Below, piece by piece: positions 41,738 through 50,450 of a stretch of 51,442 bases of DNA. The DNA is from an uncultured Gammaproteobacteria bacterium (GTDB taxonomy: Bacteria; Patescibacteriota; Microgenomatia; Levybacterales; UBA12049): positions 20,456 through 71,897 of the forward strand of contig CAZGGU010000001.1 in NCBI GenBank assembly GCA_964525395.1, read 5' to 3'. The position numbers were made by a program, and so were the translations under genes. Position 1 is the stretch's first letter, and each line of letters starts with the position of its first letter. The notes beneath the pieces were generated by a model that worked only from the letters and a program-made list of their open reading frames with translations, did no database searches and had not been told where the DNA came from.

Positions 41738-42396
41738 TTCCTTTTCTCCCTTATATTTTTATCAGGCACCCAACCTAACTCGACTTGACCTTCGATCTTA
41801 ATTTGGTACCAGCCAGCAGTTTTTTTAAAATAATCTACTTCTGAGCCGACTTGAAGTGAAGTAATCACAGCCGAAATAGTAGTTCCATCTTTATAAACAT
41901 CAACTGCTTTTCGCACAGGATCATAAATCTCTACTTTTCCAAGCGAATTAGGCGCAATTTGATTCTTGGCAGACGTAGGGTGAACATAGCTAGAACTATT
42001 TACCGAATAATACTCACCAGCAACTTTTGTAGATTGATCTGCACTAATTACACCAGATGTGGTCGATGCTGATAAAACACCATAGTCAATATCATCAGCA
42101 CCATTTGTAATAATATTATCCACTCTTGCACTTAATTTTTTTAGCTTTTCCGTGTTCCCATCTGCCATTTTTTTTGCTTCGACTTCAGACTGACGTAAAA
42201 CTGTCAGCTCTAGCTCATGACGCTTCTTTTCTTCTTGAAGTGAATTAATTTTTATATATCCCGCAAAACAAATGATTAACGGAACAATTAACAATAGGGC
42301 AATCAAGCCTAATTTTTTCTTTTCCTTGAATATATTTTCTAAATCTAGATTCTCTTTTTTCCACGGAATAAAATTGGGCAAATTAAAGTCCGACAT
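41734..42396 (-). CDS. bitopic protein: N-terminal TM, coiled coil, C-terminal SH3b-like domain
   Basis: TM LGLIALLLIVPLIICFAGYI, a heptad-like EEKKRHELELTVLRQSEVEAKK, and a C-terminal VDVYKDGTT...GSEVDYFKKTAGWYQIKIEGQVELGWVPDKNI. ATGA-type overlap with the downstream gene. Confidence 0.6.
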   Translation of the reverse strand: MSDFNLPNFIPWKKENLDLENIFKEKKKLGLIALLLIVPLIICFAGYIKINSLQEEKKRHELELTVLRQSEVEAKKMADGNTEKLKKLSARVDNIITNGADDIDYGVLSASTTSGVISADQSTKVAGEYYSVNSSSYVHPTSAKNQIAPNSLGKVEIYDPVRKAVDVYKDGTTISAVITSLQVGSEVDYFKKTAGWYQIKIEGQVELGWVPDKNIREKRK

Positions 42397-42402
42397 TACA
42401 CC

Positions 42403-42432
42403 ATTTTATGCATATTTCAGAAACATTAGCAA
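42403..42432 (-). promoter_or_regulatory. promoter of the SH3b/Tat-signal gene pair, leaderless geometry
   Basis: On the minus strand: TTGCTA, 18 nt, TAAAAT, then 6 nt to the ATG at 42396. Confidence 0.5.
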
Positions 42433-42440
42433 TGAAGTTA

Positions 42441-42959
42441 TTAAGCAAGCGGAAATCTCTCTCTAACAGTCCATTCACCATTTTTAGACGTCATAATCAA
42501 TATTTCATCTGCAGTCGCAGAAATAGGCATATTATTTTCAATCTTCATTGCTTCTGCTAAGCAAGATTCAAATTTATCTCCTAAATCATGACCTATGGTA
42601 AGATGTGGATTTATTTCAGGTAGATACTTGCCTTCAAATGGCGGGTAATCTGGAAAATTTTCCCAGATTTTTTTAGTTATTTCTATAAATTTATCTTTAT
42701 TATTTGGCTCAAGAAAAACTACACCTGGAAAAGTTACTATTTTCTCAAGCATAAAATCAAATTTAGGAAATTTAAGAATTTCTTTTAGTTTAAGTAAATC
42801 TTCAGATTTTATTTTTTCTGGAGGGATAAATGGAAAAATTGCGGTAATGTGGGCCGGTATTCCATGTGGAGCACTAGGATCATATTTTAATCGCAGTTCA
42901 GATACGAATGGCTCTGCAGCTTTTATTGGAATAAGAATTACTGTCTCTCGCTTTTCCAT
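42441..42959 (-). CDS. 2H phosphoesterase superfamily protein (LigT / 2'-5' RNA ligase-like)
   Basis: Two HxT motifs (PAHITAI and PHLTIGH) at the expected spacing in a ~170-aa protein. Confidence 0.7.
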   Translation of the reverse strand: MEKRETVILIPIKAAEPFVSELRLKYDPSAPHGIPAHITAIFPFIPPEKIKSEDLLKLKEILKFPKFDFMLEKIVTFPGVVFLEPNNKDKFIEITKKIWENFPDYPPFEGKYLPEINPHLTIGHDLGDKFESCLAEAMKIENNMPISATADEILIMTSKNGEWTVRERFPLA

Positions 42960-42965
42960 ATCAAA

Positions 42966-43856
42966 TTAGAACCAACCGGATTTTTTCTTAGCATTTTCAA
43001 ATTGCTTTAATAAATCCTTTTGCTCAGAAGAAAGACTCTTGGGCACCACAACTTTTACTTGAACATAATGATCTCCATGGCTTGACGAGTTTACTCTTTT
43101 AACTCCACGCTGAGACAAACGAATAACTGTATTCGGCTGAGTTCCTGCTGGAATTTTTAATTTCACTGAACCACTGATAGTCTCAACTGATATTTCTGTC
43201 CCAAGCGCAGCTTGAGGGAAGCTAACTTCTTCTTCAGTTACAATGTCATACCCCTCTCTCTTAAACCTTTTATCTGCTCTTACTCCCACTATCACATCAT
43301 ATGCATCAAATCTTACTCTCTGACCATTATCCACACCTGCTGGAATTTTAACCGTTTGCTGTTTTCCGTCAATTGAAATTCTCTTAGCTACTCCTTTTAC
43401 AGCTTCCATAAAATCAATGGTTAAAGAATAAGTTGGTCGTCTTTGCGCTCTTCCGAAGGGTGAACCACCACCCCCGAAAAATTGTTCAAAAATTTCGAAC
43501 GGATCAGAAAAGCCACCGAAATCAAAACCTTGACTATTTCCTCCAGAAGAATATGTATAAGTAAACGGACCATATTGACCACCTTGCTGCCCACCAAAGC
43601 CACCAGTAAATGGATTACCTCCAGCTCCTTGCTCAAATGCAGATGAACCAAACTGATCATATTGAGCTCTTTTTTGTGAATCTGATAACACTTCGTATGC
43701 TTCAGTTACTTCTTTAAATTTTGCTTCCGACGCTTTATCTCCTTTATTTCTGTCTGGATGATATTCAAGTGCGAGCTTTCTGTAAGCTTTTTTAATTTCA
43801 GCCTCACTCGCCCCTTTAGCTACGCCTAATGTTTGATAGAAATCTTTGTTTGCCAT
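42966..43856 (-). CDS. dnaJ: J-domain co-chaperone (DnaJ/CbpA type) without the Cys-rich zinc-finger domain
   Basis: J domain with an HPD motif (YHPDRNKGD), a G/F-rich region and C-terminal substrate-binding domains. No CxxCxGxG repeats. Confidence 0.9.
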   Translation of the reverse strand: MANKDFYQTLGVAKGASEAEIKKAYRKLALEYHPDRNKGDKASEAKFKEVTEAYEVLSDSQKRAQYDQFGSSAFEQGAGGNPFTGGFGGQQGGQYGPFTYTYSSGGNSQGFDFGGFSDPFEIFEQFFGGGGSPFGRAQRRPTYSLTIDFMEAVKGVAKRISIDGKQQTVKIPAGVDNGQRVRFDAYDVIVGVRADKRFKREGYDIVTEEEVSFPQAALGTEISVETISGSVKLKIPAGTQPNTVIRLSQRGVKRVNSSSHGDHYVQVKVVVPKSLSSEQKDLLKQFENAKKKSGWF

Positions 43857-43863
43857 AGCCTAT

Positions 43864-43892
43864 ATTTTACCATTATTTGAGCTCATTATAAA
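43864..43892 (-). promoter_or_regulatory. promoter of dnaJ, leaderless geometry
   Basis: On the minus strand: TTTATA, 17 nt, TAAAAT, then 7 nt to the ATG at 43856. Confidence 0.45.
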
Positions 43893-43987
43893 GCTAAAGC
43901 GAACAGTTTATTGCTATATTCAAGCAATAAGCTTACATATTTTTCATATTGCTTCACTAAACTATTGAGCATAAAGGGGGTGAGTAT

Positions 43988-44266
43988 ATGTTAATGAGTA
44001 TTATTCTCTGGGTAATTTTCGGAGCAATCGTTGGATTCATCGCGGACATGCTTGATTCTTCTGTTGCGCTGAGCTGGCCTGAACGAATCGTAGTTGGAGT
44101 GGTAGGAGCAGTAGTCGGAGGAACAATCGCACATCTACTCACAACTGGAAGCCTTGATCTTGCTTCAGCAGCAAGTTTTGATATCGTTTCACTTATAGTT
44201 TCTGTAATTGGAGCGTTAATTTCAATCTTCGTTTGGAAGAGAGTTAGACGATCAACAGTAGCTTAA
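43988..44266 (+). CDS. GlsB/YeaQ/YmgE-family small membrane protein
   Basis: IILWVIFGAIVGFIADML...VVGVVGAVVGG pattern. A strong Shine-Dalgarno sequence (AAGGGGGTGA) lies upstream. Confidence 0.75.
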   Translation: MLMSIILWVIFGAIVGFIADMLDSSVALSWPERIVVGVVGAVVGGTIAHLLTTGSLDLASAASFDIVSLIVSVIGALISIFVWKRVRRSTVA

Positions 44267-44274
44267 AAATAAGA

Positions 44275-44312
44275 AAAAACCCGCCTGATCTACGGATTGG
44301 GCGGGTTATTTT
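44275..44312. terminator. bidirectional rho-independent terminator
   Basis: CCCGCC (44280-44285) pairs with GGCGGG (44300-44305), flanked by an A-run and a T-rich tract, between convergent genes. Confidence 0.7.
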
Positions 44313-46084
44313 ACAGTTACACTTTTTGCCAAATTCCTCGGCTTATCAGGATCCAAATTTTTCAGTAGTGCCAAATAATAAGCAATTAGCTGCAAAGGAA
44401 CAATCTGGGCTACTAAACTTCCCTCCTTTATATCTTTTACCTCAATAAAATGATCAAAAATATCACTATTCATGTGAGACACACCAATAATTACGCCTCC
44501 TCTGGCTTTGACCTCCATGGCATTGGACATGATTGCTGAATATGTCTCATCATTTGGAGCAAAAACGATACAGGGAGTTCCTTTAGAAATTAATGCGATT
44601 GCCCCATGTTTTAATTCCCCTCCAGCTAAACCTTCTGCATGCAAATAACTGACTTCCCGAATCTTAAGCGCTCCTTCCAACGCTGATGAATAAGATGGGC
44701 CGCGACCTAAAATAAACACATGCTCTTTTGAATTTAAAAATGAAGCAATCTTTTTAATATTGCTTACATTTTCTTCTTCAAGAATTCTCTTAATCTCCTT
44801 AGCCGCTGATTTAACCAATTCTCGTCCAGTATTTATCTCCCCATTCATGGAAAAAGCCAGCTCAAGCAGAATTCCAAGCTTAGCAATATATGCTTTAGTG
44901 GAGGCTACAGCTTTTTCCGAACCTGCACCAAGTAAAATATGTAAATCCGCCATTCTATATATTGATGACCCCTTAACGTTGGTTATTGCAAAAATCTTAC
45001 TTCCTTTGAGCTTTTTAGCTCGCTGCAATGGTTCAACTATATCTATAGTTTCTCCGGACTGAGAAAGTGCAATGATTAAACTTTTTTTTGTGAGAAAATC
45101 TTCAAGATAATTAAATTCAGATGCTGGCGCGTGGTTTACATGTACTTTCGCAATTTTTGAGAATAAATACGCACCCATGAGGCATGCAAAATATGCCGTT
45201 CCAGCTCCGATGAAATAAGTTCCATATGCACTTTTGATCTCGTCTCCCAACTTTTCAATTTCAGCAGACAAATTTGAAACGAGATTTTCTAAAACTTCTG
45301 GCTGTTCATAAATCTCTTTAATCATATAATGCTCGTAATCTCCGAGCCCTTCATCTTTTACATTTTTTTCTAATGTCTCAACTTCAGGATCTAACACTTC
45401 ACCATTTGGAAGAGAAAATAATTTAAATTCTTTCCCTAAAATCACCATCTCATTATCTTTTAAAAACAATGCTTTTTGAGTATGATTCGCCACACCAGAT
45501 GGGTCGGATGAAATAAAATATTCGTTCTCTCCTAAACCGATAATTAAAGGTGATCCAGTTTTTGCAGCAGCTATTTCATCTGTTTCTGAATCAATCGCGA
45601 CAATTGCATTAAGACCTTTTATCTTATTAAATGCTTTAAGAAAGGCTTGATCAAAAGATGCTGTTTTGCAGAATTCTTCAATAAGATGAGGAAATACTTC
45701 TGTATCGGTTTCGGAGATAAATTTATGTCCTTTTTTAATTAATTCTTCTTTAAGTTCTAGATAATTTTCAATTATCCCATTATGCACTACAGCAATTCTT
45801 TCAGAACAATCTAAATGGGGATGAGAATTTTCCTGAGTAACACCTCCATGAGTAGCCCAACGAGTATGACCAATACCAATTTCACTTTCAGGAAGATCAA
45901 CTTTTGCAGAACCAATTTTCCCAATCTGCTTGTTAACAACAATTTGTGATTTGTTATTGGATATTGGAGATTTTACAGCTATACCCCAAGAATCATAGCC
46001 ACGATATTCTAGAAGCTTTAAGCCCTCAAGAATCATTTCTGATGTTTGGCCTTTTCGACCCACATATCCAAATATTCCGCACAT
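44306..46084 (-). CDS. glmS: glutamine--fructose-6-phosphate aminotransferase
   Basis: MCGIFGY Ntn nucleophile start, two SIS domains and a C-terminal ...LAKSVTVK. The track start (GTG at 46114) lies inside the dnaK terminator hairpin. The ATG at 46084 has TATAAT 9 nt upstream. Confidence 0.95.
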   Translation of the reverse strand: MCGIFGYVGRKGQTSEMILEGLKLLEYRGYDSWGIAVKSPISNNKSQIVVNKQIGKIGSAKVDLPESEIGIGHTRWATHGGVTQENSHPHLDCSERIAVVHNGIIENYLELKEELIKKGHKFISETDTEVFPHLIEEFCKTASFDQAFLKAFNKIKGLNAIVAIDSETDEIAAAKTGSPLIIGLGENEYFISSDPSGVANHTQKALFLKDNEMVILGKEFKLFSLPNGEVLDPEVETLEKNVKDEGLGDYEHYMIKEIYEQPEVLENLVSNLSAEIEKLGDEIKSAYGTYFIGAGTAYFACLMGAYLFSKIAKVHVNHAPASEFNYLEDFLTKKSLIIALSQSGETIDIVEPLQRAKKLKGSKIFAITNVKGSSIYRMADLHILLGAGSEKAVASTKAYIAKLGILLELAFSMNGEINTGRELVKSAAKEIKRILEEENVSNIKKIASFLNSKEHVFILGRGPSYSSALEGALKIREVSYLHAEGLAGGELKHGAIALISKGTPCIVFAPNDETYSAIMSNAMEVKARGGVIIGVSHMNSDIFDHFIEVKDIKEGSLVAQIVPLQLIAYYLALLKNLDPDKPRNLAKSVTVK

Positions 46085-46103
46085 AGATCGGGTATTATAC
46101 AAC

Positions 46104-46128
46104 AAAAACCGCACTTTTGCGGTTTTTT
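46104..46128 (-). terminator. rho-independent terminator after dnaK
   Basis: ACCGCA (46108-46113) pairs with TGCGGT (46118-46123) around a 4-nt loop, with a T-run on the minus-strand transcript. Confidence 0.75.
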
Positions 46129-46151
46129 ATAAATAGTTCATACACTTTTTT

Positions 46152-48104
46152 TTAATTAACTACTTCGCCTTCTACAGGTTCGTCTTTTTTAGCTTCTTCT
46201 TTAGATGCTTCTGCGTCACTTGAAGCAGCAGAATCTTCGCTTACTGTTTCACCATCTACTGGCTGAGCTTCTCCATCCGCTGGGGCGCCTTCTTGAGGCT
46301 GCTCTGAACCTGCTTGCTGCTGCATTTGCTCTCCTACCTTTTGGAGTGCTTCTGAAAGCTCTTTAGTCTTAGCTTCGATATCTTCTTTATTGTTCGTAGG
46401 AAGGGCTTCTTTTAATGATGCAATCTTTGACTCAATGTCAGATTTTAAGTCTTCTGCTACTTTACCATCAAAATCCTTCAAAGTTTTTTCAGCTGTGAAA
46501 ATAAGAGAATCAGCTTGGTTACGAACTTCTGCCGCTGCTCTTGCTTCTTCATCCTCTTTAGCATGAGCTTCTGCGTCTTTCGTCATTTTCTCTACTTCCT
46601 CATCGGAAAGACCAGTCGAACCAGTAATCTTAATGCTTTGCTCTTTCCCTGATGCTTTATCCTGAGCTTTAACACTTAAAATTCCTGACGCGTCAATGTC
46701 AAAAGTTACTTCCACTTGTGGAACACCACGAGGAGCTGGCGGAACACCATCGAGAATAAATCTTCCAAGGGACTTATTATCAGCTGCCATTGCACGCTCT
46801 CCCTGGAGAACATTAATTTCCACTTGAGTCTGATTATCTGCCGCAGTCGAGAAAACCTGAGACTTAGATGCAGGAATAGTCGTATTTTTAGGAATTAAGG
46901 GAGTAGCTACTGCTCCAAGAGTTTCGATTCCTAGAGTAAGCGGAGTCACGTCTAATAAAAGCACATCTTTAACTTCTCCGCCTAATACTCCTCCCTGAAT
47001 TGCAGCTCCTACAGCTACAACTTCATCAGGATTTACGGATTTATTAGGTTCTTTTCCAAAGAATTTAGAAACAGTTTCGACAATCTTTGGCATTCTAGTC
47101 ATTCCTCCGACTAGAACTACTTCATCAATGTCTCCCACTTTTACTTTGGCATCAGACAGTGCCTGCTCAACTGGCTTAAGTGTTTTTTCAATAAGTGGAT
47201 CTACTATTTCTTCCAACTTAGCCCTAGACAAAGTCAAAGTTAGATGAAGTGGACCATTTGGACCTTGGGTTATAAATGGTTGATTAATTTGCGCTTCAGT
47301 TGATGAAGAAAGTTCGATCTTTGCTTTTTCAGCAGATTCTCTTAATCTTTGGAGCGCTTGAGAGTCTTTTCTAAGATCAATTCCATTTTCTTTTTCGAAT
47401 TGTTCAGCTAAATAATCAATTATTGCCTGATCGAAATCGTCTCCTCCAAGATGTGTGTCTCCATTTGTGGATTTAACCTCATAAACTCCTTCTCCTAATT
47501 CAAGAATCGAAATATCGAAAGTTCCACCACCAAGATCATAAACAGCGATGGTATGCGCATTTTTCTTATCAAGACCATAAGCTAATGCTGCCGCTGTAGG
47601 TTCATTAATTATTCTTTGAACATTAAGCCCTGCGATTTCTCCTGCCTGTTTAGTAGCTTGACGTTGAGAATCATCAAAGTATGCTGGAACTGTAATTACA
47701 GCCTCAGATACCTTATCTCCAAGGTATGCCTCAGCATCGGCTTTAATCTTCTGAAGAATCATCGCTGAAACTTCTTGAGGAGTGAATGTCTTTCCATCAA
47801 CCTCTACTACTGCCATTCCATCTCTTCCTTCTTTAATAGTATAAGGAAGCCATTTCATATCAAACTGAACTGACTCATCCTTAAACTTTTTACCCATGAG
47901 TCTCTTAATAGAAAAGATTGTGGATTTTGGCTTAAGAACTAATTGTCTTTTAGCCACATCTCCTACTACGTGGGTTATTGGATCCACCACAGAAGGGATT
48001 GTGTTTCTACCTTCTCGGGAATGAATCACCTTTGGTGATCCACCCTCCATTACAGCTACACATGAATTTGTTGTACCTAAATCGATTCCAATTATTTTTG
48101 CCAT
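46152..48104 (-). CDS. dnaK: molecular chaperone DnaK with an acidic C-terminal extension
   Basis: [26 protein letters not shown] and the full Hsp70 architecture. Confidence 0.98.
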   Translation of the reverse strand: MAKIIGIDLGTTNSCVAVMEGGSPKVIHSREGRNTIPSVVDPITHVVGDVAKRQLVLKPKSTIFSIKRLMGKKFKDESVQFDMKWLPYTIKEGRDGMAVVEVDGKTFTPQEVSAMILQKIKADAEAYLGDKVSEAVITVPAYFDDSQRQATKQAGEIAGLNVQRIINEPTAAALAYGLDKKNAHTIAVYDLGGGTFDISILELGEGVYEVKSTNGDTHLGGDDFDQAIIDYLAEQFEKENGIDLRKDSQALQRLRESAEKAKIELSSSTEAQINQPFITQGPNGPLHLTLTLSRAKLEEIVDPLIEKTLKPVEQALSDAKVKVGDIDEVVLVGGMTRMPKIVETVSKFFGKEPNKSVNPDEVVAVGAAIQGGVLGGEVKDVLLLDVTPLTLGIETLGAVATPLIPKNTTIPASKSQVFSTAADNQTQVEINVLQGERAMAADNKSLGRFILDGVPPAPRGVPQVEVTFDIDASGILSVKAQDKASGKEQSIKITGSTGLSDEEVEKMTKDAEAHAKEDEEARAAAEVRNQADSLIFTAEKTLKDFDGKVAEDLKSDIESKIASLKEALPTNNKEDIEAKTKELSEALQKVGEQMQQQAGSEQPQEGAPADGEAQPVDGETVSEDSAASSDAEASKEEAKKDEPVEGEVVN

Positions 48105-48172
48105 ATTATTATTTTAAATTCTCTGAATTAAATTTTCAATCAGTCTTTGAGTATCAAAGATTCATTGTAAAC

Positions 48173-48682
48173 TTAATTCTTCCTTTTTCCTACTACTACC
48201 TGGGCTGCTCTTAGAACATCGCCATTTAAGACATATCCTGCTTTTACTTCCTCGAGAACTTTTCCTTCATCTCCATCTTTAGTCGAAACAGCATCCATAG
48301 TGTGCGGATCAAAATCTTTTCCTTTTGTTTCAATCCTTTTTACGCCCTCTGCCTCGAATGTATCCAGAAAATATTTTATAGACATCTTTACACCTTGATC
48401 TTCTGTGTGTTTTTCAGCCAGAAATAAGCTATCAAGTCCTGGTAAAAGCCTCATAATTAAGTCGCGGTTTGCTGACATAATCCAGGCTGCTTTTTCCCCT
48501 GAGATTCTTTTTTCTAAGTTTTGATAATCAGCTAATGCACGCTTTAATTGATTAGTTAACTGCTCTACTTCATCATCCTGTTTATTTATATCAGGAGTTT
48601 CTGAATCATTGAGTTCTTCATCTGAAATCAATTGATCATCAACTATTTCTTCATCTGTATTTTGTTTTTTATTGTCTTTCAT
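48173..48682 (-). CDS. grpE: nucleotide exchange factor GrpE
   Basis: Long helix (LKRALADYQNLEKR), C-terminal beta domain (FDPHTMDAV....GYVLNGDVLRAAQV). Confidence 0.93.
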   Translation of the reverse strand: MKDNKKQNTDEEIVDDQLISDEELNDSETPDINKQDDEVEQLTNQLKRALADYQNLEKRISGEKAAWIMSANRDLIMRLLPGLDSLFLAEKHTEDQGVKMSIKYFLDTFEAEGVKRIETKGKDFDPHTMDAVSTKDGDEGKVLEEVKAGYVLNGDVLRAAQVVVGKRKN

Positions 48683-48685
48683 GAT

Positions 48686-49414
48686 TTACCAACCTTTTGC
48701 TACCTCTTCAATCAAATCTCCAAAATATCTTACAGTCGGAACTACATAAGTATAATTCATTCTTGTAGGTCCGATTACCCCGATCTCTCCGCCATTATTC
48801 TCTCCTGTTACGAATTTCTTAAAAACAAATCCGTATGGTCCAGAAAGTCTTGGCCCCAAGTCTTCTCCAATTAGAACCTGGATATCTTCATCGCTTACTG
48901 CCTTAAAGAGCGTTCTAATATCTTCGAATTCATCGATCGCTGAAAGAAGAGCTTTGGTAATATCTATATCAAAAAACTCTGGCATCTCAAGTAAATTTGC
49001 ATAACCTGAAATATAATATTCACCTGAATCAGTTGCCGCGATCGCTACCGCACCTGTTTTGGCTGCTAGAGAACGAACAACTTCTTTAAGAAATAAGCTC
49101 TCTCGATCTCGAATATCCCAAACTTTTTCCTTCATCGAAACTTCTTCAGCTACTGATAATTCCTTTTCTTTCATTAGCTGCTTTACATAAAACTTCATTG
49201 CAGCTGGAGTAGGAACTCTGCCTGATGAGATATGGGTTTTTTTAAGATAACCGTAGTCAGTTAACTTCACCATCTCATTTCTAATAGTCGCCGGAGAAGC
49301 ACTCAATGAGTGTTTCTTCTCAAGAGTTTCTGAGCCGACAGGCTCTGCTGTTTCAATGTACTCTTCGATCAGAGATTTAAGAATCTCGATCTGACGTTGC
49401 GTAAGATCATGCAT
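48686..49414 (-). CDS. hrcA: heat-inducible repressor HrcA, compact 242-aa form
   Basis: N-terminal wHTH (LTQRQIEILKSLIEEYIETAEPVGSETL, ATIRNEM) and C-terminal IGVIGPTRMNY. It is much shorter than the usual HrcA length as I recall it, so part of the middle domain is missing. Confidence 0.9.
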   Translation of the reverse strand: MHDLTQRQIEILKSLIEEYIETAEPVGSETLEKKHSLSASPATIRNEMVKLTDYGYLKKTHISSGRVPTPAAMKFYVKQLMKEKELSVAEEVSMKEKVWDIRDRESLFLKEVVRSLAAKTGAVAIAATDSGEYYISGYANLLEMPEFFDIDITKALLSAIDEFEDIRTLFKAVSDEDIQVLIGEDLGPRLSGPYGFVFKKFVTGENNGGEIGVIGPTRMNYTYVVPTVRYFGDLIEEVAKGW

Positions 49415-49468
49415 AATCTTTGATAAATTCCGAACTTGTCCCTCGAAGCCCTGCAGAGCAAAGTGGGA

Positions 49469-49495
49469 TTAGCAGTAATATACCACCTCTGCTAA
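49469..49495 (-). promoter_or_regulatory. CIRCE-like inverted repeat (HrcA operator candidate)
   Basis: The 27-nt element TTAGCAGTA-ATATACCAC-CTCTGCTAA keeps the outer TTAGCA/TGCTAA of the CIRCE consensus TTAGCACTC-N9-GAGTGCTAA. It lies between the -35 and -10 of the hrcA promoter. Confidence 0.65.
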
Positions 49496-49505
49496 TTCCT
49501 GTCAA
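49477..49505 (-). promoter_or_regulatory. sigma70-type promoter of hrcA-grpE-dnaK (leadered)
   Basis: On the minus strand: TTGACA (49500-49505), 17 nt, TATATT (49477-49482). About 60 nt of leader to the ATG at 49414. Confidence 0.65.
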
Positions 49506-49534
49506 GAGGTTTAAAACGACTGCTAAATTTAGCC

Positions 49535-49939
49535 TTAATTTAGAGGTTTTTTAGGAGAAATGAGTTTAATAGTAGACATATATTTCTTGACTATACTGTC
49601 CTTCTTGGGGTTCTTTTCATATTCATAAATCCAGTTAAGTAAGTAGATATATGATTTTCCATCTGAGATCATGACTTCATCGATATCATCATTTATATAT
49701 TGAACTTCCAACCTTAGCGTATGCATTTCTCTAACGAAAACTTCTGCTATATAAACTGCGAAATAGACATAAGCCATCTTGATAGCTTCTTTGGAATTTT
49801 TTTCAGATCTTAATCCATTTAGAGCATACTCAACATGCATAATGCTTTTTTCAGAATAATCGAAGTCATAACCTGCATTCTTGAGGGTTTTTACGAAGCC
49901 ATCTGAGAGTGAAATGAAACGGTCAGTATTTTTATTCAC
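49535..49939 (-). CDS. hypothetical cytoplasmic protein (134 aa)
   Basis: ORF with a GTG start. No family recognised. Confidence 0.45.
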   Translation of the reverse strand: MNKNTDRFISLSDGFVKTLKNAGYDFDYSEKSIMHVEYALNGLRSEKNSKEAIKMAYVYFAVYIAEVFVREMHTLRLEVQYINDDIDEVMISDGKSYIYLLNWIYEYEKNPKKDSIVKKYMSTIKLISPKKPLN

Positions 49940-50045
49940 GACTTACAAGTATATAAAATATTTTTAAATTACTAAATATCTCTAACTACTACAATCTTAT
50001 ATTTTCACTTCCGTATTAATGTGTCAAATTGCTATACTAAATTTT

Positions 50046-50426
50046 ATGGATAAATTACAACGAACTAGACTGAAAATGAAAACTAAGCCTATCGCCAGAC
50101 GCAGACGAAATTATGTTTATCCTCTACTTTCTATATTAATCTTTATTGGGTTATCTTACATTTTCTTTAACTTTTCCCCAATTAAACCAATTGAGTTAAA
50201 AGGCTTTGAAATTCCCACTAAACCCATATTTCTAATAGCTATATTTGGACTTCTTTATACAGCCATTACATTTATTTCGAATAAAAAATCTCAGGGACTC
50301 CTCGTCGCAACACTAACCACAGGATACCTTTTACTCCGATTTATCGGACTCACTCACTGGCTTTTTTTAATTCTTTTTATAGCTCTATTTATAACCCTCG
50401 AACTTTTTATCCTAAAGAAAAAATAG
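50046..50426 (+). CDS. three- to four-TM membrane protein
   Basis: Hydrophobic helices. The ATG at 50046 (second Met of the track ORF) has TATACT 7 nt upstream. Confidence 0.5.
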   Translation: MDKLQRTRLKMKTKPIARRRRNYVYPLLSILIFIGLSYIFFNFSPIKPIELKGFEIPTKPIFLIAIFGLLYTAITFISNKKSQGLLVATLTTGYLLLRFIGLTHWLFLILFIALFITLELFILKKK

Positions 50427-50435
50427 GCTCACTTC

Positions 50436-50444
50436 TGATATAAT
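50436..50444 (+). promoter_or_regulatory. extended -10 promoter (TGaTATAAT) of metG, leaderless geometry
   Basis: TGATATAAT, then 6 nt to the ATG at 50451. No Shine-Dalgarno sequence. Confidence 0.55.
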
Positions 50445-50450
50445 CCGAGC

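Noticed and set aside
38117-42396. Prophage or integrated mobile element
   Set aside because: No integrase, terminase, capsid, portal, repressor, tRNA attachment site or flanking direct repeats were seen. Only the composition and the gene A motif hint at phage ancestry, so the region is treated as an island or module, not a prophage.
43908-43930. Inverted repeat TTATTGC-N9-GCAATAA in the dnaJ/yeaQ-like divergent spacer as an operator
   Set aside because: A 7-bp AT-rich stem is expected by chance in this composition, and there is no second copy or associated regulator.
46085-46114. Longer glmS start (GTG at 46114, MRFLLYNTRSM...) given in the ORF track
   Set aside because: GlmS requires an N-terminal Cys after Met removal (MCGIFGY). 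The GTG also lies within the terminator stem.
46085-46151. Possible glmS ribozyme upstream of glmS
   Set aside because: Only 67 nt separate the dnaK stop from the glmS ATG. Most of that is the dnaK terminator hairpin plus a -10 box, which is far too short for the much larger glmS ribozyme core as I recall it. I saw no conserved core sequence.
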